64,000 nucleotides of DNA from an uncultured Verrucomicrobiota bacterium (GCA_964654645.1 CAZZJO010000043.1:24650-88649), one strand, 5' to 3'. Counted from the stretch's first letter, positions 29,885 through 40,723 are shown. Translations and numbers: made by a program. The notes: a model not told the origin generated them from the letters alone.

Positions 29885-30861
29885 ACAGGTGCGGAAGAAA
29901 CAAGCTGATTTTTGCAAGTTTAATTGTGACGTGTGTATTTGCAGCGTTTATAAGTGGCTTTGAAGGGGTTGTCTCGCAAAGCGAGTCAAAATCCCCACAT
30001 ATAAGCACAAGCCTTGGTAATAAGCTCGATAAAACGAGTGAATTTAAGTCGCCGGTGCATTTTTTCCGGCTGATGCTGGAGGCTTCACCAGAAGAATTGA
30101 AAGAACTGCTCAGTAACAAACCACCTGAGGTACAAACGCGGTTACTCGAAAAGATTAAGGAGTATCGGAATTTAAGCCCGACCGAACGTGAGTTGAAGTT
30201 GCGAGTTACTGAGCTTCAGTGGTATTTCTTGCAGCTAGTTAATCTGGACGTTACTAACCGCTTGGCCAAGCTGGAAGTGGTTCCGCCGGAAATGCGCAAG
30301 ATGCTTGAGGAGCGGCTAACCATCTGGGATATTTTGCCACCACCCGTGAAGGATGAATTGTCCCAGGATGTCCGGCGGTTACAAGGGCTGATTCAAGTGG
30401 AATTTGTGCCCACCCCCTTACAACAAAAAAGTGATTCGGAAAGCCAGCCAAGTAAAACGGAGCTTCAGGAGGCGATAAATCGTCTGTCTACGTTCTTTAC
30501 TTTAAACTCAAGGGAGAGGGAACAATTATTGAAGTCGTTGTCTAAAACGGAACGAATGCAAGTTGAAAAAGCCCTAGAACAATTCCACAAGCTGCCTTTA
30601 CGGGAACGTGCACGTTGTTTGAGTGCTTTCTCGGTGCTTGCTGAAATGTCACCAGAGGAACGGATTGAATTTTTAAAGAATGCGGAAAAATGGCAATCCT
30701 TGGCTCCCGATCAACGGCAAGCGTGGCGTCGGATAGTCAGAGAAGCGCCCTTTTGGCCTCCAGTACCTGGGGAAGAAGTCAGCACTGATAAGTTTAGTTC
30801 CCAGCACATTGGGGAGACAGCGGTGTCCTTAACTAACGTGTCACAGGAAGGAAGTTGGTGA
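29881..30861 (+). CDS. DUF3106-like exported helical-repeat protein
   Basis: Signal or TM segment, then repeated W/F..L.PE.R helices (YRNLSPTER, WDILPP, FHKLPLRER, WQSLAPDQR). Overlaps the anti-sigma stop by 4 nt. Confidence 0.7.
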   Translation: MNRCGRNKLIFASLIVTCVFAAFISGFEGVVSQSESKSPHISTSLGNKLDKTSEFKSPVHFFRLMLEASPEELKELLSNKPPEVQTRLLEKIKEYRNLSPTERELKLRVTELQWYFLQLVNLDVTNRLAKLEVVPPEMRKMLEERLTIWDILPPPVKDELSQDVRRLQGLIQVEFVPTPLQQKSDSESQPSKTELQEAINRLSTFFTLNSREREQLLKSLSKTERMQVEKALEQFHKLPLRERARCLSAFSVLAEMSPEERIEFLKNAEKWQSLAPDQRQAWRRIVREAPFWPPVPGEEVSTDKFSSQHIGETAVSLTNVSQEGSW

Positions 30862-31333
30862 TTTGTGACAATTGCTTATCTAATTCATTGAGATTTCCTA
30901 TTATCGAATTCCGGTGTTTTTAGTGAGCGTGCAGCCTTTTTAACGGCAAAGGGTTAAGTGACTACCGTTTTAAGGTGAACGAGGGGTTGTGAGGGATTGT
31001 TGGGACCGTGTGCGAATTGCACTAAATGGATGCGATTTTAGGTGCGGTGTTTGTAAGGGGGTGAGGGATATAAAACCGGAGCTAAGTCTAAATTTCAGGC
31101 GTAACTACTTTCATTTAAGCATGGGGTGTTCCTAGGATGTGAGCTTTCAATAAAATGGAATTTTGGCTGAGCTTCCACTTCCACACCTGTGAGCTATGCA
31201 TTCTGAATTCTCGGCATTATTAGCCTGGTCCTTGCTATCTCACTGAGAGTGGGATTTCGGCTGATATTCTCTGAGAGGGATTGTAAATCCAAAATCCAGC
31301 CATGGATTTAGTGGTGGTGTTGCTGTGACCGAT

Positions 31334-32524
31334 CTAACCAGCGGGGTATTCACAAATTTGGTCACGGTAGTTTCTTATAATCACCTTGGTTTGTGTTATC
31401 CGTACGATGTAGTTGGGCGAAAGTGGGATTTTCCCCCCTCCATGTGGAGCATCGATTACATAGTGTGGCAGTGCGTACCCAGTAGTAAACCCCTGGATGG
31501 ATTTAAGGATTTGCAACCCCTTTTGCACAGGCACACGGAAATGGCCGGTGCCAGTAATAGGGTCACACTGATAAAGGTAATAAGGTTTCACGCGACAAAT
31601 AAGGAGCTTTTGAAACAATGCAATTAGGATGGCAGGATCATCGTTAATGCCACGCAATAGCACTGTTTGGCTTCCCAATGGAAAGCCTGCATCTGCAAGT
31701 TTTTCAAGCGCTGTACGGGCTTCAACAGCCAATTCGGTGGGGTGGTTAACATGAACGCTTATGTAAATTGGATGGAATTTTCGCAGTGTTTTAATGAGCT
31801 CATCTGTCACTCGCTGGGGAAGAAAAATTGGTGCCCGAGTGCCAATGCGGATTATCTCTATGTGAGGAATGGCCCGGACTGACTCAAGGATGAATGCGAG
31901 TTTTTCGTCACACAAGAGTAAAGGATCCCCACCGCTTATCAACACATCGCGGATCTCACGATTGGATCGGAGGTACTTTATTTGTTCGTTAAAGCTTTGT
32001 GGGTTCCAAAAATACGTACTATGGCTTACCAATCGGGATCGGGTACAGAATCGGCAATAACCAGCGCAAATGGTATTTGCTATGAGCAAAACCCGATCGG
32101 GATACCGGTGGATAAGTCCGGGTACAGGGGTGGTTTTGTCTTCGCCACATGGGTCTAATGTTTCGCCAGGACTTGTTTTGAGTTCCTGTTTGAGAGGGAC
32201 AACTTGTCGTCTAAGTGGGCATGTTGGGTTATTCCAATCGATAAGGCATGCGAAGTATGGCGTAAAGCCGAATTTTAGCCTGTGTGTAGTGAGGGCAATG
32301 CCTTCAATTTCCTCTGGGCTGAGCTGGAGGCCGAGTTTTCTAAGTTGCGCGTGTGTCTGGATCTGGTTTCGAAGTTGCCAATGCCAATCTTCCCATAATT
32401 GGTCGGGTACATGAGCCCAAAATGACCGATTAGCGGGCTTAAATTTTTTCAGTTCCAAGATCTTATCTTCTGCCCCTGGTGCTGAGGTATATGTTTTGGA
32501 GGTTTTTCCAATCACATCCATCAC
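31334..32524 (-). CDS. kamA: KamA family radical SAM enzyme (lysine 2,3-aminomutase-like)
   Basis: HRYPDR, CAGYCRFC, SGGDPL, IRIGTR.P, SQTVLL.GIND and YVIDAPHGGGK (PLP lysine). Confidence 0.88.
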   Translation of the reverse strand: MMDVIGKTSKTYTSAPGAEDKILELKKFKPANRSFWAHVPDQLWEDWHWQLRNQIQTHAQLRKLGLQLSPEEIEGIALTTHRLKFGFTPYFACLIDWNNPTCPLRRQVVPLKQELKTSPGETLDPCGEDKTTPVPGLIHRYPDRVLLIANTICAGYCRFCTRSRLVSHSTYFWNPQSFNEQIKYLRSNREIRDVLISGGDPLLLCDEKLAFILESVRAIPHIEIIRIGTRAPIFLPQRVTDELIKTLRKFHPIYISVHVNHPTELAVEARTALEKLADAGFPLGSQTVLLRGINDDPAILIALFQKLLICRVKPYYLYQCDPITGTGHFRVPVQKGLQILKSIQGFTTGYALPHYVIDAPHGGGKIPLSPNYIVRITQTKVIIRNYRDQICEYPAG

Positions 32525-32605
32525 TATAGCATGATCAATAGCTGGTGAAACACTTACTGGTGATGTGTCGTAAAACGGTTTTGTGCAAGGAAAGTGAGTT
32601 GCAGA

Positions 32606-32836
32606 TTACTGGTCAAGCACGCGGACTCTATAAAAGCTGGTTGGCAGATTCGGCTCGATCGCTAATATGTAGGCGATAGGCTCACCGGTCCCGCTTATGA
32701 TTGGTGTTACTGGTTGCCAATTTTTGGAGGTTAGGTCGCTGGTCGTTTCAATTACAAATTTTTGGCCTGGGTATGAATTCCATTGTAAGAGGATCGAAGT
32801 AGGGTCATTTGCTGAAGCGTGAATGGTTGGTGGGGA
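32606..32836 (-). other. Shared C-terminal domain, copy 2 (..LQWNS..KFVIETTSDLTSKNWQPV..SFYRV)
   Basis: Aligned by eye with the other copies. Confidence 0.65.
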
Positions 32837-35800
32837 AACTACGATGATGGTGAATGTAGTAGAGGATGAAAGTGGAGGCGTGCCATTGTCTGTGACGATT
32901 ACCGAAACGATGTTTGTTGAGGGAGCATTGTTCGGGGTCCATATAATCAATCCGGTTGTGGGGTTGATTGTCATTCCTTCTGGTGCTTCTGGTCCCAGTG
33001 AAAACGTCAGTGTTTGTGGGGGTATATCCGTATCAGTGGCCACGAGTTGAATCGTGATTGTTTGCCCAAGAATAGCAACTCGGTTAGACACGGGAGCGAT
33101 AACAGGGGCCGAGTTAGATAGGGCGTTTGGCGCTAATGGTGTAGGTGGCATGAAGTAAATGTTTGCTCCGCCGTCGGGGAATCGGCCTTGACTCACGTCC
33201 GTGATCTGCGGTCCAAAAACTACCACATCAACTGGTGTGCCTTCAGGGGTGAATAACCCTATTGCCTCTCCAGCCTTTGATAGTGCGAAGTTCACGTGAA
33301 GTTGTGGGTTATTAGTGCTATTTTGATTACTTTCTCCGTCAGCCCAAACAAGTAAGAAGCCTCCGGGTGGTATTACGTATTGTCCAGTTTCTGGTATACG
33401 GAATTTGAATGGGTTATCGAGAGTATCAGTGAGATAGTACCCCCCTAAATCAACAGCTTCTGAGCCAGCATTCCAAAGTTCAAACCAATCTTCGAAATTG
33501 CCGTCTACCGGATCGGCGAGGGTTCTGGTGTTATCAGCCATCCATTCGTTTATGAAGACTTGGATTGGAGGCGAGGCCGGGTTGTTAGATGCGCCAGCTG
33601 TTGCATAGTAAAGGTTCCGGCGGTAGAACGGTTGGCCATCAGGGATGCTGCCATGGGACCAGTTAGCGGGTACATTGTTGTACGACACGTAGTCAAGCAC
33701 CTGTGTTGAATTATTGATGACGCGGCTTAAAATAACAATGCCACTGGTTGGAGTAATTCGGAATGAGGTGTGCAGGTGATTTGTAGTTGTTTGGTTAATT
33801 TGGCCGTCACACCAAATTACTAGGAAACCGTTGGCTGGGATTGTGGCATTGGATGGGAATGCCCATTTTGTTAGGTTAGTTGTGGTATCGCTGAGGTAAA
33901 GTCCCCCTAGGGTTACAGGTGATCCGCCTAGGTTGATTATTTCAACCCAGGGATCGCGCTCATTATAGTTATCTGCAGGTCCCGTAATGTTTTCTGGCTG
34001 AACCTCATTTAACCAAATTGGTGGGAATGGAGGAAGCGTGTCGACGAGGGAGTTTTCCCAGCCCGGCGTGCATGGATAGGGTGCAGATTGAAGAACATTT
34101 GTTAGGACTGCTTCCATGCGCATGCCAAAGACTATGTCGCTGCTGTTAGCGGCGTTTTGGTGTACGCTTACGGCAATTACGTTAGTGCCAGTCACAAACA
34201 CGTTGCCGGGGATGGTGAAAGTATCGGGAGAAGTCGCGTCCCCGTTAGGAGGTATCCCGCTTGCAAGGGTTGAATTAGATACAGGTCCAGGGTTCATTCG
34301 AATGCGGGCTACCTCGGTGCCGTTGACGTAGAAGACCGCACCATCGTCAATATAAGCTGATACATTGACTGCATAGTACTTAAGTGAGTTTGTAATAACT
34401 ACGTAGGTTCGGAAGTAATATGCATGACCACTTGGCATACCGTTAGTGGCAATCCGTGGGTCTAACAAAGTGGTTTTGATCAACGGAGTAATAGCAGGAT
34501 TATTTTCATAAGCTAGCAGGCCTTGTCCCGAAGGCCATTTCGAATCATCGTAGTTCGGGCTTTGCCAAGCCACGTTGTCGAGATTTGATACCTGCATGTA
34601 TTTCCAGGTGGAGGAATGGTCCAGCAGTAAAATGTTGGTCGAGGGTGGAGTCGGTATGTTGGTGAGCAATATCCAGTTGGCTACTCGGCTATTATCTTGG
34701 TATGCGTCGATCAATTGTAATGAAGCTGCATTAGTTGGCATGGGCCATGGTGGAGCAGCTTCGTACTTAATTCGATCTACAACAACAAAATTAGTGGTGT
34801 TGGGGACTGGCCGAGAGAGGGTTAGTACAGCGCCCCGTGGTGGTATAGGAGTAGGCAAGGTGTCAAATGGTACGCGATAGATTCCGTATGTTTCATTGAA
34901 CACAAATGGGTTTTCTGCCAAGACAAGGTAGTTTTGCGGTAGCAAAACTGTGCCTGTTGGGAACACATATTGCAATTCTTCGATCCGCCATCCTGTAAGG
35001 TCAAAGGCAATGTTTGTGTGGGCGTTGTAGATTTCAATAAACCCAGCACCTAAGCGAGGGGGAGCATACATTATTTCGTTGAACACGACCCAGCCTGCTG
35101 GATCTGGTTCTTCGAAGTTATTAGTGAGGGTGATTGTGACTGTAGTATCAGGGATTTGATTGCTGTAGCGGTCGGATGCGGCAATTTCTAGCACATTGTT
35201 CGTTTTACTGACAGGGATTATCACTTGCCAGTTTGTGACGCTTGTCCAGGTTGGTTTGTAAAGGACGCCATTGACGCTGATGAAGCTAACTTGTAAGGGT
35301 GCAGTACCATTCAAAACCAATACATTGGAGGTTTGCAGCGTAATGTTGGTGGGTGAAGAAATTGTGAACATGGCTTTGGGTAGCACATTTGTTAGGTATG
35401 CAGTTCTTGTAACCAAAAAATTTTTTATTGAAGTGGGCGGTTGGACAGGGATGCCGTTAAGGACAAGGTTTTGATACCGTTCGTCCAAGATAGGTTCGTA
35501 AACTTCTGGTTTGAGCACTGTTCTGAGTGCTTCGTCAAACCCTTGCAGGTATTCCCGATGTATTTCTGGGATTGAGTTTATCATCCACGCGAGCCTTGGA
35601 TCGTGGATTGAATAGATACTGTCTGTGGGGGAGCTGCTTGATGAGCCCAAGGCAAGCTCCATATCCCAAACCCAAAGGCGCCACGGTTTATTGTCGGGTT
35701 TGTACGCGTACATATTTTTCCCGCGACTGTAGCCGTAGCTGTCCCAATTCCCACAAATGTGATTTACTACTATTGGTCTTAGGAAGTTGGGCAGGTCTAT

Positions 35801-38800
35801 CCATGTTCGGACAAGGTCTAAGTAATTTGGAGCATTGGTGGCATTTACCGCTGCGATGAAATTGGTAAATGGAGCCCAGTCATCGGGGTTACGTGTAACT
35901 CGTGGTCTCCAGTTCCAACGGTATCGTTTGGTATCAATTTCTCCGGTTGCTTTGTTAAACCGTTCAATTGTTGCTGTGGTAATTCCGTGGCTTGTGGCGG
36001 TGTCCTCAAACTCAAACCAATCCTCGATTTTTCTAAGCTGTCCATTTTCGTCGTTTGGGAAGAACTCCTTGATTGTATCGCTATTTGGTTGTTGAACGTC
36101 GTCGTAAATTGTACCCCTGGTAAGGCCGTTTACGACAACATGGACGTGTCTGCGATAGTTGTATGGTTGACCGAGTTTTCTTGCAATCCAATTTGCTGTT
36201 AGGTCGATTTGGGTAGTCCGGTCGTTATGGAAGAAATGGCCTGTGGTCACGTCGTAAGCGTTTAGTACAAAAGCCTCGGCACCTAAGAATTTTTCGTCGG
36301 GTGGGAAGTTTACTTCGTAGTCACACGCGAAGCCCAAAGGCCCATCATAGGTTGGAGTATGGAATGGGCTTCCGCTGTACATTGTGCCGACGTTGTAAAC
36401 TACACGGCAGTTGTTGTAGACAAAGGTTGCATCGATTGGGTCATTTGCATTCTTTTCACGTTGTGTCCAGAAGTTAATATTGGAGCTGGTTAACCAAAGC
36501 CTGTAGGTACCTAGGGACCCGGGTTTGGATGTTTCGCCCCAACGCACTAAACATTCCCGGGCTGGGGCAGTCGCTGGGAACGCGTTTGTTGCGTTGCGAG
36601 TGTCGATAGCGTAGATGTAGAAAGCTGCCAGGGTATTCGAAGCGCATCCGGGTATTATGCCGGTATAAATACCGTCGTTTGCAACCTCGTCGCCACCAGT
36701 GATACCGTCGTCTGACATCCGAACTTCATAGTAAGAAGTTGAGGGATCAATTCTGTACCTCAGATAGACTCCACCTACCCCGTCAGGGTCTGATACTCTT
36801 GCTGTGACTAAGACTCGCTGACCCGGGTTGGGAAGAATAGGAAGGTGTTTGACTTCGGTTATAGTGGGGCCGGCGTTAGGTATACGTCTTGAATTTGGTA
36901 AACCAGGTGTTCCACAGTTGTTTGGTACGTTAAGTTTGTAAGAGGCTTCCATCCAATTACCTTGGAGTCGGAAAACGATGTATGGTGAGCCTCGCAACCA
37001 CCGTACGGCCGCGCGAACGGTGCCTGTATTAGGAGCGTTGGTGACTACTGTCCCAGTAAGACGCGTCCAGACTTTGTTTGGACCCGTGTCGCCTCGTGCG
37101 ACTGAAACCATGTGTAATGCTTTGCTACCATTGAGACCCACACCGTCTTGGACGTAAGAGTTTCTAAGCACGCCTCCCCAGGACCAAGAATTGGTGCCGG
37201 ATTCGAACGTGCCGTTGGCTAACAAGTTAGGCCCGTTATTGTTGCGGAACTCTAAGTTATCGACGAGTGATTCTCCGGGGCCTTGTAAGAAGAACTCGAA
37301 TCGCGTAGGTGCTCCGTAGTAAGTGCCTTGATTGATCATGCTAGGTGTTTGCCCATTTTCGAGGATTTGTGTTACGTCGATTTGAGTCCATGGAGCCTTG
37401 CTACTTTCGTCACTGTCAGCCCAATTTTGGCCGATGGAGTTATCGGCAAATGGGTCGATGAGTTCTAAGGAACTACCCCACCCATCAGCCCAAATGCTCC
37501 ATTGTCCCCCCTCATTGTAGGTGACGTCGTTTACTACGACATAGAGGAAGTTGGTGCGTGGTAACCCAGCTGCATTAGTAGTGATTTGAGGTTCAGGCAT
37601 AAGTAGTATTATTCGGTCGCTGCTATTCCGGAGTCTGCCTAAGTAGTTACCAGTGAGGTTGGTCGCATTCAATTGCGGATATTTGGCTAATAAGTTTGTG
37701 AGGTTCTTGGCTACTACGAGGTATGAATCCGGCCCGATAATCGTATTTGATGGAAAAGTGAAACGTACCCCGCCCTGGATTTGCCATCCGCTTAAATCAA
37801 CTGGTTCTTGGCCACGATTGTAGAGTTCAATGTATTCGTCGTCATCAGAACCAGAGATCGGGTTATACATGATCTCATTTATGACGATTGGCCGTATGAG
37901 TGGAGAGGAATTGGGTTGTCCAGGAGTACGTGTACTAAGCTCTCGGATACAGGGATGACCGTCTGGATAACGTCCAGAGGCGATGCCTTTTGCTTGTCCG
38001 CCAAATGCGACGGCATCGAGCACACGGGTAGCATTCGAGTTGATCAGGAAGATTCGGTCGCCAGCCGCATCAAGCCCAAACCCTAGGGTGGATCTATAAA
38101 AAACTGCAAGACTGCGAGGTGGTAAGATTGTGCCCACTGGAATTTGGAATTTTAGTAGGTTGGGGTCGTCCGTAAGCCACGCCCCGGACAAATCAATAGT
38201 TTTTGTGGTGGTGTTAAATAGTTCGATGTAGTCTTCGGCAGAGGTATCGGTGTGTGCTAAGAATTCGTTTATAACTACACCTGCTGCTGGGTCGGTTGTA
38301 TAAGGGTCGAATCTACCTGGGGAGCCTCCGATAAAGCTGCTTGGACCCCAAGCACGTGGATCGTTTTCGCCGTAGGAGGGATTGCGCAGAACAAGTGAAT
38401 GACCGCTACCATCCGGTGAAACGGGCCATGGGTAGGTGGTGTCGTATTCAATTTCTAGCAACACACCTCCCAGCTCGTTTAAAAGTCGCACGGTACCCCC
38501 ATTATTGGGTAGGGAGCCTGTGTAGGGTCCTAGGCAATCAACCCCGTAAAACTGTTTAGCGGCAGTTGGATTTTTGGCGACCACCAAGAACTGGCCCGGT
38601 GCTAATTTAGTGCCTGGAGGGAATTCGTAGCTGATACTACCGGCAAGCTGGTGGCCGGTGAGATCTTCAGTGACAAGACCAGAATTCCATATTTCAATGA
38701 ATTCTAGGTCTTCACTATCTGGCCACGACCCGGGTGGGTTATACATGATTTCGGTAATGACAATGGGAGTCCGTCTGCTGGAGGGACCAGGCGGTTCGAA

Positions 38801-40723
38801 TGGGAGGAGCTGGTTAGTAACAATCACTCCAGTTGCATTGGTAAGTTCTGTGAACCGTGCAGTGATAAAGGTGTCGGGTTTACTTGCTGTGACTGCTAGG
38901 CCGACTTGAATCGCTTCCGGCATTGTTATTACAGCATTTCCTAGGAATTCCCATGTGCGTCCATTAATGCTGGCATATCCAGAGAACTCGTTCCCAGATC
39001 GCTTTAGTCGAAGCCACGTGTATGGGAAGTTTGGCGCAAAATAGCCACTCATGTTTGCAAAGCCTCCTTGATATGCACGCCACTGGAAATGGCATCCGAC
39101 ATGGGAAGGGGTGGCGAAAGTTGCAGCAAACACTGCGTTAGACTGTAATCCTGCGCGAGCCATTAATCCTGCCCTAGTCCATATTTCCCCGAACTCTAAC
39201 AAATTGACCCGTATTTGTAGGTCGAAGTCGTTGGTGACCGTGCGCCATAAGAAAATAAATTGATCGTTTGTGTTTCCGATGCCTTCTCCTGAAGCGGTAA
39301 TTTCAAACCCGGAGGGGATTGGTTGAAACTCCCCATTTGTGATTGCAAAGCCGATCGGGGTGAACATGTAAGGTGAGGCGATGAACTTAACGGTGGAACC
39401 TGGGATAATTAGGTTTCGAGCTGCGGCAAGGTCACGCACTCCGGATACCGTAAGTGTATATGTGATGCCCTCTGTTTGTGGAGCTGTATGGAGTAAGATT
39501 GCCGAATTTGTTTCATAGAATGAGGCTGCGATTACAGGTAACTGGCCATTTGTGCTAGTTATTTGATAATTGACTATGTTGGTGGCAGTTGTAGGTTCTA
39601 AGCCTTCTGAGAAATGTACTATTACTCCGGTTGGGAAAACGCTAATAGCCCGCAAGAGTACCGGTCCATTTGTATCAGGCAAAACCGTCAGAATAGCGTT
39701 ACTTGATATGGCCCATTTTACCACGCCCTGATATACATTGGTTAGTCTTGCGTGGAAAACATCGTTGTTGTTTGTGAGGTAAACAATAGGGATGGTAAGC
39801 GTGGTATTGGTGGCTCCAGGAATAGGTTGGCCATTTCGATACCACTGAATTGTGATCGGTCTTCGTCCAATTGGGTAGAGGCTAAAGGTTGCTGAGGCCA
39901 GTTCCGTTACAATGCAATTGGTCGGCTGTCTATAAACTTCTACAGGACCATCCAGAGCGCAAATGTCGGGTCCTAATTGGTAGCTTATAGCGATTTCCTC
40001 GGGAGTGAGAATACCGTCGTAAATCCGAAATTCGTGAATGGACCCTTTAAAATAGGGATCCCACACCCATTGAGATCGGCCTAACCAGTTATTGACGGTA
40101 TATCCTAGCATGGTTGGGTTGTGTGTCATTGAAGGATTTTCACCTACCAGTTGGCCGTCGACGTACAGTCGCCCAATACGATTTCCTGCATCAATTGTAA
40201 ACACGACATGGGCAGGCCGTCCGATTGGCAAACGGGAACCCGGCCACTCCACAACTTGTTCGTTACCGCTACCTCCAACGGTTATTGCTGCGCGGAGTAC
40301 GCCGCCCCCGCTTTGCGGGGTTATAAAGACATAGTTTGTACCTTGGTTGGGATTGTTTTCCCCGCCCGTGCTAAAGCCAAAATCGAAGATCCGCGCCCAA
40401 GTTCCGCTGCCTTCGTCTGTTACCCAGGCCTCAAAGGTGATGTTGGATCGTGTGGCTATTATGCCATTTGGTAGATCTACATAGGCTGAAGACCCATTTA
40501 GTACGACGCTGCCGTTTGCAATTGAGGCCCCACCCATGAGTGTGCCATGGGCATTCCCCACCGAGTCTGAGGCATCTGATGTGAATGAGTATCTATTCAC
40601 TATCTCGGCCGTTAGTGCAGAGACACTGAGTGTTAGCATTGCAGTGAATTTTAGACAGGCAATTAGACTTCGGGCGAGTCGCGGTTTGGATTTTGGTCTC
40701 ATAGTTTGGCGCTTTATCAGCAT
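32606..40723 (-). CDS. 2705-aa exported protein: LamG, Ig, about 6 lamin-tail domains, CotH-like kinase, Ig and C-terminal SFYR domain
   Basis: Signal peptide. Six (I/V)x(I/F/L)(N/T)E..(Y/A)NP-type lamin-tail starts. CotH motifs GNWDSYG, KNMYAY and WDMELALG (about 35640-35750). GMTINPTTGLIIWTP. Confidence 0.85.
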   Translation of the reverse strand: MLIKRQTMRPKSKPRLARSLIACLKFTAMLTLSVSALTAEIVNRYSFTSDASDSVGNAHGTLMGGASIANGSVVLNGSSAYVDLPNGIIATRSNITFEAWVTDEGSGTWARIFDFGFSTGGENNPNQGTNYVFITPQSGGGVLRAAITVGGSGNEQVVEWPGSRLPIGRPAHVVFTIDAGNRIGRLYVDGQLVGENPSMTHNPTMLGYTVNNWLGRSQWVWDPYFKGSIHEFRIYDGILTPEEIAISYQLGPDICALDGPVEVYRQPTNCIVTELASATFSLYPIGRRPITIQWYRNGQPIPGATNTTLTIPIVYLTNNNDVFHARLTNVYQGVVKWAISSNAILTVLPDTNGPVLLRAISVFPTGVIVHFSEGLEPTTATNIVNYQITSTNGQLPVIAASFYETNSAILLHTAPQTEGITYTLTVSGVRDLAAARNLIIPGSTVKFIASPYMFTPIGFAITNGEFQPIPSGFEITASGEGIGNTNDQFIFLWRTVTNDFDLQIRVNLLEFGEIWTRAGLMARAGLQSNAVFAATFATPSHVGCHFQWRAYQGGFANMSGYFAPNFPYTWLRLKRSGNEFSGYASINGRTWEFLGNAVITMPEAIQVGLAVTASKPDTFITARFTELTNATGVIVTNQLLPFEPPGPSSRRTPIVITEIMYNPPGSWPDSEDLEFIEIWNSGLVTEDLTGHQLAGSISYEFPPGTKLAPGQFLVVAKNPTAAKQFYGVDCLGPYTGSLPNNGGTVRLLNELGGVLLEIEYDTTYPWPVSPDGSGHSLVLRNPSYGENDPRAWGPSSFIGGSPGRFDPYTTDPAAGVVINEFLAHTDTSAEDYIELFNTTTKTIDLSGAWLTDDPNLLKFQIPVGTILPPRSLAVFYRSTLGFGLDAAGDRIFLINSNATRVLDAVAFGGQAKGIASGRYPDGHPCIRELSTRTPGQPNSSPLIRPIVINEIMYNPISGSDDDEYIELYNRGQEPVDLSGWQIQGGVRFTFPSNTIIGPDSYLVVAKNLTNLLAKYPQLNATNLTGNYLGRLRNSSDRIILLMPEPQITTNAAGLPRTNFLYVVVNDVTYNEGGQWSIWADGWGSSLELIDPFADNSIGQNWADSDESSKAPWTQIDVTQILENGQTPSMINQGTYYGAPTRFEFFLQGPGESLVDNLEFRNNNGPNLLANGTFESGTNSWSWGGVLRNSYVQDGVGLNGSKALHMVSVARGDTGPNKVWTRLTGTVVTNAPNTGTVRAAVRWLRGSPYIVFRLQGNWMEASYKLNVPNNCGTPGLPNSRRIPNAGPTITEVKHLPILPNPGQRVLVTARVSDPDGVGGVYLRYRIDPSTSYYEVRMSDDGITGGDEVANDGIYTGIIPGCASNTLAAFYIYAIDTRNATNAFPATAPARECLVRWGETSKPGSLGTYRLWLTSSNINFWTQREKNANDPIDATFVYNNCRVVYNVGTMYSGSPFHTPTYDGPLGFACDYEVNFPPDEKFLGAEAFVLNAYDVTTGHFFHNDRTTQIDLTANWIARKLGQPYNYRRHVHVVVNGLTRGTIYDDVQQPNSDTIKEFFPNDENGQLRKIEDWFEFEDTATSHGITTATIERFNKATGEIDTKRYRWNWRPRVTRNPDDWAPFTNFIAAVNATNAPNYLDLVRTWIDLPNFLRPIVVNHICGNWDSYGYSRGKNMYAYKPDNKPWRLWVWDMELALGSSSSSPTDSIYSIHDPRLAWMINSIPEIHREYLQGFDEALRTVLKPEVYEPILDERYQNLVLNGIPVQPPTSIKNFLVTRTAYLTNVLPKAMFTISSPTNITLQTSNVLVLNGTAPLQVSFISVNGVLYKPTWTSVTNWQVIIPVSKTNNVLEIAASDRYSNQIPDTTVTITLTNNFEEPDPAGWVVFNEIMYAPPRLGAGFIEIYNAHTNIAFDLTGWRIEELQYVFPTGTVLLPQNYLVLAENPFVFNETYGIYRVPFDTLPTPIPPRGAVLTLSRPVPNTTNFVVVDRIKYEAAPPWPMPTNAASLQLIDAYQDNSRVANWILLTNIPTPPSTNILLLDHSSTWKYMQVSNLDNVAWQSPNYDDSKWPSGQGLLAYENNPAITPLIKTTLLDPRIATNGMPSGHAYYFRTYVVITNSLKYYAVNVSAYIDDGAVFYVNGTEVARIRMNPGPVSNSTLASGIPPNGDATSPDTFTIPGNVFVTGTNVIAVSVHQNAANSSDIVFGMRMEAVLTNVLQSAPYPCTPGWENSLVDTLPPFPPIWLNEVQPENITGPADNYNERDPWVEIINLGGSPVTLGGLYLSDTTTNLTKWAFPSNATIPANGFLVIWCDGQINQTTTNHLHTSFRITPTSGIVILSRVINNSTQVLDYVSYNNVPANWSHGSIPDGQPFYRRNLYYATAGASNNPASPPIQVFINEWMADNTRTLADPVDGNFEDWFELWNAGSEAVDLGGYYLTDTLDNPFKFRIPETGQYVIPPGGFLLVWADGESNQNSTNNPQLHVNFALSKAGEAIGLFTPEGTPVDVVVFGPQITDVSQGRFPDGGANIYFMPPTPLAPNALSNSAPVIAPVSNRVAILGQTITIQLVATDTDIPPQTLTFSLGPEAPEGMTINPTTGLIIWTPNNAPSTNIVSVIVTDNGTPPLSSSTTFTIIVVSPPTIHASANDPTSILLQWNSYPGQKFVIETTSDLTSKNWQPVTPIISGTGEPIAYILAIEPNLPTSFYRVRVLDQ

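Noticed and set aside
31237-31310. Short hairpins between the DUF3106-like gene and kamA
   Set aside because: The stems are 7-8 bp, weak and lack a U-tract, so they are too poor to call terminators.
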